DNA of 64,000 bases from a virus. Positions 57,654-64,000 of the stretch are shown in pieces; within the stretch, counting starts at the first letter, position 1, and each line of letters begins with the position of its first letter. A program made the translations under genes and the position numbers. The stretch lies in the IMG/VR virus record IMGVR_UViG_3300022916_000008, positions 1-64,000 of that record; one strand, written 5' to 3'. The notes under the pieces were generated by a model. It was given only the letters and a program-made list of their open reading frames with translations, was not told where the DNA came from and did no database searches.

Positions 57654-59183
57654 ATGGAAAATAAACATACATTTGAATGTACTGTATTAAATAAAATCCG
57701 TCATATTAACGATTGGAGGATTTATACATTTGTTACAGATGAAAGCGTACCTCATACAATACCTTTGAAAATAAAAGGGACTCATCATGGAAAAAACTTT
57801 GGCAGGCTCACATGCTTTAATGATATGACCAGAAACACTAAGTATGTTATTTCTATAAGCATACGTAATAGCAAGAATAAAGATCAGAATGGCATATGCT
57901 ATAAAAACTTATATCTTGAAACATATTATCCTATACTTGGTGAAGAAGCAGATCAGGATTTTTTAAAAGCCATTGTATCAGAAGCAAGATATGATTTGAT
58001 TATGTCTGTTTACCCAGACTTCATTGACTTGGTTCGTAATGGAAAAGAAATAGATCTAAACTTATTACCCGGTATTAAAGAAAAGACTTTTGCTATTATC
58101 AGAGACAAGGTTACAATCAATTACTGGAAGGCTGAGCTTATGTCATGGCTATTACCACTTGGTATTACCGAGAAGATGATCCAGAAGCTTATAGGTAGGT
58201 ATAAGACACCTGATGCACTCAAGGTAGCATTAAAAGGTAATCCATACATACTTACTGAGATTCATGGATTAGGTTTCTTTAGAGTAGATGATATGGTCAT
58301 GAAAATGTTTCCTGAAAAAAGAGTTAGTAGGGAGCGCATGATGGCATTTGTTACTTATCAGCTACAACATGTAGGGAATACGTCTGGACATACTGTAATC
58401 AGTAAAGCAGATATACTTGTATACATAAAGAAAAGTATACCGGAATGTGAGGCATTGTATAAGATAATGGCAAGTAGTCCAACGCAAGAATTATTGATAA
58501 TGTATAATGAGTTCGTAGGGCTTAAGCGTTACTATGATGCTGAGAAGTATATCTATGAAAAGCTCAAGAAGATAGCAGATGCGCCTATAGAGGTTATGCA
58601 TAATGAGAATGACTATATCTTTATGACAGAGGAGAAGATAGGCTTTAAGTTATCAGAAGAACAGAAGGAAGCTATAGAGTCATTACAAACCAATAACCTT
58701 GTGATAATCGTAGGAAGTGCTGGTGTTGGTAAAACAAGTTCTATTCAGGGAATTATACATGAATATGATGAGTGGGATATACTCTTGTGTTCATTAAGCG
58801 CTAAGGCTGCTGATAGGATGAGAGAGATAACAGGTAAGGAAGCATTTACTATTCATAGAGCATTAGGATATGACGGAAAAGGTTTTGCTTACAATGAAAG
58901 AAGTCCATTACACAACAAGGTTATTATTATTGATGAAGCCAGTATGGCTAATCTATACATCTTTAAATCATTGATAGAGGCTATAAGTATAGGGTCTAAA
59001 TTAGTAATAGTTGGAGATGATGGACAGTTACCGCCAATAGGGGCAGGTAATGTCTTTCAGGATTTATTGCAGAGTGAATTTAAGATATGTAGGCTTACAA
59101 AGATATACAGGCAGGCACAGAGGAGTGGTATCATAGTAGATGCTAATTATATTAGAAAAGGAATTAACCCATTTAAACAATAG
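57654..59183 (+). CDS. RecD2-like helicase, N-terminal part (HhH plus domain 1A)
   Basis: NPYILTEIHGLGF, GSAGVGKT, TIHRALG, DEASM, GDDGQLPPIGAG and LTKIYRQ; stops before motifs V/VI. Confidence 0.85.
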   Translation: MENKHTFECTVLNKIRHINDWRIYTFVTDESVPHTIPLKIKGTHHGKNFGRLTCFNDMTRNTKYVISISIRNSKNKDQNGICYKNLYLETYYPILGEEADQDFLKAIVSEARYDLIMSVYPDFIDLVRNGKEIDLNLLPGIKEKTFAIIRDKVTINYWKAELMSWLLPLGITEKMIQKLIGRYKTPDALKVALKGNPYILTEIHGLGFFRVDDMVMKMFPEKRVSRERMMAFVTYQLQHVGNTSGHTVISKADILVYIKKSIPECEALYKIMASSPTQELLIMYNEFVGLKRYYDAEKYIYEKLKKIADAPIEVMHNENDYIFMTEEKIGFKLSEEQKEAIESLQTNNLVIIVGSAGVGKTSSIQGIIHEYDEWDILLCSLSAKAADRMREITGKEAFTIHRALGYDGKGFAYNERSPLHNKVIIIDEASMANLYIFKSLIEAISIGSKLVIVGDDGQLPPIGAGNVFQDLLQSEFKICRLTKIYRQAQRSGIIVDANYIRKGINPFKQ

Positions 59184-59187
59184 TATT

Positions 59188-59448
59188 ATGGATTGGGAGA
59201 AAGAGTATAAAAAGTGTATAGGGAATCCTTATTATTTCTATACAACATATGTCCTTGTTAATGGAAAGCAAGCAACAACAATGTTGTCAAAAGAAGAGTT
59301 TAATAAATATTTTGAAGCAAAGAGATATTCTGAATGGTGGAGAAAGACAACTCCTAAACACATACAGGAAAAGATGCAAAAAGAATTTGACAAGATAGAG
59401 GAGGAACTTTGGACTAAAGAGTATAAGAAAGATGGCAATAATAACTAG
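59188..59448 (+). CDS. Inserted mini-ORF with a terminase N-terminus-like motif
   Basis: EYKKCIGNPYYFYTTYV; lies between the two RecD2 halves. Confidence 0.6.
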   Translation: MDWEKEYKKCIGNPYYFYTTYVLVNGKQATTMLSKEEFNKYFEAKRYSEWWRKTTPKHIQEKMQKEFDKIEEELWTKEYKKDGNNN

Positions 59449-60094
59449 AGGAGAGCTAAAGGATATTCACTATTCCTTTATAGAGGAGAGGGATAAGATA
59501 TTCGATCAGGCAGTACGTGCTTATATGAAAGCTGCAGGAAAGTATGGAACAGATGAGGTTATTCTTATCACTCCTAAGCGTATACATGAGGGTCTAACTA
59601 CTAATAGCTTTAACAGGGCTATTCAGGACTTGCTTATTGAGAAAGATGTTAAGTCAATGAAAAGAGGAGCTCATGAGTTTAGGTTAGGCGCTAAAGTAAT
59701 ACAGAAGGAGAATGATTACAAAGGCAAGGGAGTTATCAATGGGCAGATAGGATATATATGGTCTATAAGTGATGAAGGGTTTAGCGTGGACTTCAAGGGA
59801 GAGGTTGTAGAATACCAAAAGGATGAGATCAGGCAGATAGAACTTGCCTATGCATTAACAGGACATTCCTATCAGGGTAGCCAGGCGAAGATCGTTATCA
59901 TTGCCTTTGATATGAGTGTATACATATTATTGTCCAGACAGTGGCTGTATACGGCTATCACAAGGGCACAAGAACAATGCTATATCATATGTCCAAAGAA
60001 AGCTCATGATGTAACAATTGGAAAGAACTTCACACACCGAAGAACATTTATGCAGAGAATATTAGCAACAGCAAAACTATTAATGACATTATAA
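59432..60094 (+). CDS. RecD2-like helicase, C-terminal part (domains 2A/2B)
   Basis: FRLGAKVIQKEN, INGQIG, LAYALTGHSYQGS and LYTAITRA. Confidence 0.85.
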   Translation: MAIITRGELKDIHYSFIEERDKIFDQAVRAYMKAAGKYGTDEVILITPKRIHEGLTTNSFNRAIQDLLIEKDVKSMKRGAHEFRLGAKVIQKENDYKGKGVINGQIGYIWSISDEGFSVDFKGEVVEYQKDEIRQIELAYALTGHSYQGSQAKIVIIAFDMSVYILLSRQWLYTAITRAQEQCYIICPKKAHDVTIGKNFTHRRTFMQRILATAKLLMTL

Positions 60095-61044
60095 TGGGAG
60101 ATAAACTAAAATCAGCAATAGAGGGTCTGGAAAAGACTTATGGGAAAAATGTAATACTTAAGCTAGACGACAAGCCTTTAAAGGTTCCTACGCTATCAAC
60201 AGGAGTAGCTAACATTAACAGAGCATTGGGCATAGGTGGTTATCCCTTTGGACGTATAGTAGAGATATTTGGTCCAGAATCTGCGGGTAAGTCAACCCTA
60301 GCCTTACATGCGGTTAAAGAAGCACAGGTAAAAAAGATTACAGTGGCTTATGTAGATACAGAGCATTCACTTAATATCCAATACGCACAAGATCTAGGTA
60401 TAGACATTGATAAGCTATTGATCTCTCAACCTAATAGTGCAGAAGAAGCATTAAATGTAGTAGAGGTATTAGTCAAGACAGAAGAGGTTGGTCTGGTCAT
60501 AGTCGATAGTGTATCAGCATTAGTTCCTAAATCAGAAGAAGAAGGTGAGATGGGAGATCAAAGCATTGGTAGACAGGGTAAGCTAATGTCACAAGCCATG
60601 AGAAAGCTAGCTGGACCAGTAAGTAAAAGCAAGTGCATTGTTATCTTTATAAATCAACTACGTGACAAGATAGGTGGTTATGGAGGACAAACTACTTCTG
60701 GAGGTCATGCATTGAAGTACTATGCATCTATACGCATTGATATTAGAAAGATGGGTGTGAAGATAGAGGATAAGACTAAGCATATAGGAGATACTACTAA
60801 AGTCAAGATAGTCAAGAATAAACTTGCTCCCCCATTCATAACCACAGAAGTTGACTTGATTTATGGAAAAGGATTCTGTCCTATACGTAATACTATTAAT
60901 GCAGCAGTGGAAATGGGTATTGTCCAAAAGGCAGGAGCATGGTATAGTTATAATGGTACTAAGCTAGCTCAAGGATTAAGCAAGGCAGTTGCTTTAATAG
61001 AAGACAATGATGAATTATTCAAAGAAATAGAGTCCAAGTTATGA
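60094..61044 (+). CDS. recA: Recombinase RecA
   Basis: GRIVEIFGPESAGKST, IVDSVSALVP, INQLRDKIG, ALKYYAS and KNKLAPPF. Confidence 0.97.
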   Translation: MGDKLKSAIEGLEKTYGKNVILKLDDKPLKVPTLSTGVANINRALGIGGYPFGRIVEIFGPESAGKSTLALHAVKEAQVKKITVAYVDTEHSLNIQYAQDLGIDIDKLLISQPNSAEEALNVVEVLVKTEEVGLVIVDSVSALVPKSEEEGEMGDQSIGRQGKLMSQAMRKLAGPVSKSKCIVIFINQLRDKIGGYGGQTTSGGHALKYYASIRIDIRKMGVKIEDKTKHIGDTTKVKIVKNKLAPPFITTEVDLIYGKGFCPIRNTINAAVEMGIVQKAGAWYSYNGTKLAQGLSKAVALIEDNDELFKEIESKL

Positions 61045-61155
61045 GTAAGAAAAAGAAAGATGGTTATAAACCTCATATGTGTGAGATGTGTGAGAAGGAG
61101 CCAAGTGCTATAATCACATTAGAAAGGAAACGGATATGTTTAAAATGTTGGAAGG

Positions 61156-61701
61156 ATGAAAACAAAGACCTGTAGTATTTGCGATAGACCTGTTTGGAAG
61201 AATGGGAAGTGTAGGTATCATGACGATACACAGAAGCCTCTGGTGAGCTCTTCTAACTTCAAGAGTACAAATGTACCACTTAGGAGGAGATCGTCCATCA
61301 GCGTTCCTTATACAGCCTTAAAACGCAAGTCTCCTAATAAGGTTGAGAACACTGAATGGGGATATGACAATCAGTTTGGAATGTTCTTATCTTTATGGGA
61401 GAATGCTAAGAAAGCAGGAAAGGTATATTCACAGATATCAGGAATAGATATTACATGGACATATGGAACAGACTTATGGGTAAATTGCTTTGCCCACATA
61501 CTTGCAAAAGGGATCTATCCTCGGTGGAAGTTGAATCCTGCTAACATAATGATAGTAGAACCACATGAACATTCACTTTTAGATCAAGGGACGGTTAAAC
61601 AAAGACAAGACTATGAAAAGAAATATAATTGCAGCTTTGATATCTTTTATGAAAAGAAAGACAGGCTTAAGATCGAGTACATGGCCACAACGAGCCGTTG
61701 A
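61156..61701 (+). CDS. HNH/NinG-like nuclease-fold protein
   Basis: N-terminal CxxC..C..H; FAHILAKG.YP...NPANI...EH. Confidence 0.55.
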   Translation: MKTKTCSICDRPVWKNGKCRYHDDTQKPLVSSSNFKSTNVPLRRRSSISVPYTALKRKSPNKVENTEWGYDNQFGMFLSLWENAKKAGKVYSQISGIDITWTYGTDLWVNCFAHILAKGIYPRWKLNPANIMIVEPHEHSLLDQGTVKQRQDYEKKYNCSFDIFYEKKDRLKIEYMATTSR

Positions 61702-62524
61702 GTATTATAATAATAATATAAAGGATGATCCATGGAAAGCATCTACTAGCTGGTCCGATACAGGCAAGAGATATACTTGTGGTGCTGATCCTTATAGGAA
61801 TGTCGATGATGTTACTTATCATTGGCCTCTAGGTAAGGGTATATTAGAACAGGTAAGGGATAGCAACTATGTAGAGTATTCCAAAATGCCACCAGTGACA
61901 GGGGAGTCCATTAAGGAAGCGTGTAGGAGAGCATTGGAGCAATATATAAATCCTGTTATTGAAACGGATAGAGCAGGTGCTAAAATGTTTCATGAAGCAA
62001 TGAAACGAGCTGCTGCTGCTGATTATCCTACACCTATTGAACATGACAAGAACAAAGCCTATGACTACTACTATGATCAATATAAAGAAGCACTAGAAAA
62101 GCGAGTAGCTAAGGATAGAGCAGAAGTCAATGAAAAAGGTACTGTATTTTCTAAGGAACAGATAGAGAAGTTAGAGAAAGAACATCCGGGATTCATTCAA
62201 TCTGCAATACAGTCTGGAGATATTAAACCTTCAGATATGCATCCTTCATTAAAAGAACACAACCAACTATACTTTACCAAAGATGTTAGTGAAGATACTG
62301 ATAGGCACAAACCTTTTCATATATATACAAACAAGCCAATTGCTAAATACAACAGCAAAGGTATTGAACACAAGATAGTAACTTCATGTGGTGATGAGTT
62401 TAGGATGATAAATGACAATAGTTATTCTGATGGATATACATGGGTAATGTATTGTGCTAATACCAATATAGGTTATGCAGCAGCAGTCTCAAAGGGTGAT
62501 GAATTTGTATTAAAAGAAGTTTAG
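61613..62524 (+). CDS. Mosaic protein of MCP- and TerL-like motifs
   Basis: YTCGADPY, VDDVTYHWPL, GKGILEQV and TDRAGAKMFHEAM; the start is preceded by an AAGAC leader. Confidence 0.6.
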   Translation: MKRNIIAALISFMKRKTGLRSSTWPQRAVEYYNNNIKDDPWKASTSWSDTGKRYTCGADPYRNVDDVTYHWPLGKGILEQVRDSNYVEYSKMPPVTGESIKEACRRALEQYINPVIETDRAGAKMFHEAMKRAAAADYPTPIEHDKNKAYDYYYDQYKEALEKRVAKDRAEVNEKGTVFSKEQIEKLEKEHPGFIQSAIQSGDIKPSDMHPSLKEHNQLYFTKDVSEDTDRHKPFHIYTNKPIAKYNSKGIEHKIVTSCGDEFRMINDNSYSDGYTWVMYCANTNIGYAAAVSKGDEFVLKEV

Positions 62525-62526
62525 TT

Positions 62527-62790
62527 ATGAAAGATCAGAAATATAACAAAGGAGATAGAATCAGGATAATCAATTACGGACATCAGATATGGGAACAGTC
62601 AGGTGTTCCGGGCAAGGTAAAAGTAATAGACTTAAGTCCAGAATTAGTAGGACAGCTTGGAACTATTCAGTATTCTTATAATGACCTATATGATTCAAAA
62701 CTAAGGAGGTCAGCCGAACAGTATAGTATTAAATTTGATAATGGCAGGGAAGTGTCTTGGTTTACTCTTAATCAATTAGAAAGAATTTAA
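62527..62790 (+). CDS. SH3-like small protein
   Basis: KYNKGDRIRI...GTI...YSIKF...WF...LERI. Confidence 0.55.
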   Translation: MKDQKYNKGDRIRIINYGHQIWEQSGVPGKVKVIDLSPELVGQLGTIQYSYNDLYDSKLRRSAEQYSIKFDNGREVSWFTLNQLERI

Positions 62791-62803
62791 GGTTGTTAAG
62801 GGG

Positions 62804-62872
62804 AGGGGACTACTGTGCGAAATAAGGCTATTTTCGTCTTGTGAAGCAGTAACAGTAGCACCCCTTTTTTTT
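62804..62872. terminator. Terminator at the junction of convergent modules
   Basis: AGGGG-CTACTGT / ACAGTAG-CCCCT stem followed by a T run. Confidence 0.6.
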
Positions 62873-62874
62873 GA

Positions 62875-64000
62875 CTATCTACGTGTAGTCCCTATCTCTT
62901 TATATCCTAAGAACCTACCTAGTTCTGAATTTTTTATGTCATCCTTGAAGTATCTTTCAAACTCAGCAAATGTAGATAATACAGGAACAGACTTTCTTAT
63001 TTGGTATGCACCAGGCATTCTTCCGTCCTTAAGACGTTCTCCTTTAATTACTCCATTAAACATGTATTGGAACAATGCTGTATTAACATCATAAAGTCTC
63101 CCTATTACTACTACTGGTTGATTAACGTTCCTTAGTATATCTGCAGGCCTTAGTCCTTGAGTAATGTCTTCCATCATAAGTCTACGCAACCTTACTTCTA
63201 ATGCTGATTCAGCTTCATCGTCATCTGCTGCTCCTCCTGCAAGTAACCAACTAGCCATAACTGCACCCGTCAATAAAACTTCAACTACATGCTGTTTTTG
63301 CCTTGATGACAATTGTTCCCAAGTATATGCTTCATTATATCTTATATCAAGTGGGCTAATTTTATTAATGGCTACCATTGAGTATGTTTTAAGTACATTC
63401 CACATAACCCAAACCCTACCTTGATTAAGTACGTCTAAGAATTCATATACTGTTGCTCCTTCATGCATAATGATGTTACCAAACTCATCTTGTCTTGGCT
63501 TCCAAGCTCCTAATGACTTATCTTTAAATTTACCAGCGTAAGCATTATTAAGTTGTGCCTTCATATACCTTTTGAATTGCTGTAACCATTCACCGTATAC
63601 AGTAACGTCCATAGCAGTCTTTTCTTCATCTCTGTAGCCACCATGAATAAGTTGTGATACCCTCTTTAGTCTTATCTTTTCTTCAGTAGTTAATTCATTT
63701 AACTCCTCAAAACTACCATCGCCTTTCTGTGTCCAACCTCTTTGACCACCCTTATATATAGCCCTGCCATCTTCAATTTCATAAGCATCCCACATACTCA
63801 TACTCTTTGGATCATTCATGTCCACTTTCATATGACGTAGCTGTGCTGCAAGAAGTGTGTACAACGCAAAGTCTTCACCTATCCTATAAGTAAGGAAGAT
63901 GTTTGATCTATCAAGAAGCTTAGCCTTACTCGCTATCTTTTCTTTACTCCTGATCTTAAAGTCATAGTTGTCATTCATATACTCTAACTCTTTAGCTAGT
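62875..64000 (-). CDS. C-terminal part of a large virion ejection protein
   Basis: Frame stays open beyond 64000; IHGGY and GEWLQQFKRY motifs plus a hydrophobic helix, like the C-termini of crAss large cargo proteins. Confidence 0.6.
   Translation of the reverse strand, partial: LAKELEYMNDNYDFKIRSKEKIASKAKLLDRSNIFLTYRIGEDFALYTLLAAQLRHMKVDMNDPKSMSMWDAYEIEDGRAIYKGGQRGWTQKGDGSFEELNELTTEEKIRLKRVSQLIHGGYRDEEKTAMDVTVYGEWLQQFKRYMKAQLNNAYAGKFKDKSLGAWKPRQDEFGNIIMHEGATVYEFLDVLNQGRVWVMWNVLKTYSMVAINKISPLDIRYNEAYTWEQLSSRQKQHVVEVLLTGAVMASWLLAGGAADDDEAESALEVRLRRLMMEDITQGLRPADILRNVNQPVVVIGRLYDVNTALFQYMFNGVIKGERLKDGRMPGAYQIRKSVPVLSTFAEFERYFKDDIKNSELGRFLGYKEIGTTRR

Noticed and set aside
59181-59210. Stop-codon reassignment (TAG to Gln, known in some crAss-like phages) or ribosomal bypass as the explanation for the recD2 split
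   Set aside because: Reading through TAG meets TAA after 8 more codons. No matching in-frame CAA landing codon precedes the C-half, and other genes are intact under code 11.

Overview
A 64 kb piece of a crAss-like (Crassvirales-type) phage genome that probably infects a Bacteroidota host. It uses the standard genetic code and carries host-type TTTG-N21-TAnnTTTG promoters. From 1 to about 32 kb, the minus strand holds the late module: GroES-like and IHF-like genes, a putative TerS, TerL, portal, scaffold, major capsid protein (MCP), ring/hub proteins, auxiliary capsid, fibres, lysis cassette, muzzle and the start of a cargo protein. From 32.3 to 62.8 kb, the plus strand holds an early/middle module of small ORFs plus a TOPRIM primase-like gene, SSB-like, Cas4-like exonuclease, RadC, PcfK/PcfJ, lysozyme, RNase HI, RusA-like, a split RecD2 and RecA, but no recognisable DNA polymerase. 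From 62.9 to 64 kb lies the end of a large minus-strand virion protein. The most unusual signals are: (1) plus-strand ORFs that look assembled from conserved motifs of the MCP and terminase (candidate decoys or mimics); (2) three tRNA-shaped RNAs with no normal anticodon arm, one with the arm deleted and two with ~105-130 nt structured inserts; (3) integron attC-like sites bounding small gene cassettes with no integrase nearby; (4) RecD2 split at a domain boundary by a terminase-like mini-ORF; (5) a divergent Tad1-like gene inside the capsid operon; (6) several structured intergenic RNAs. All calls come from reading motifs and synteny by eye; no searches were run.
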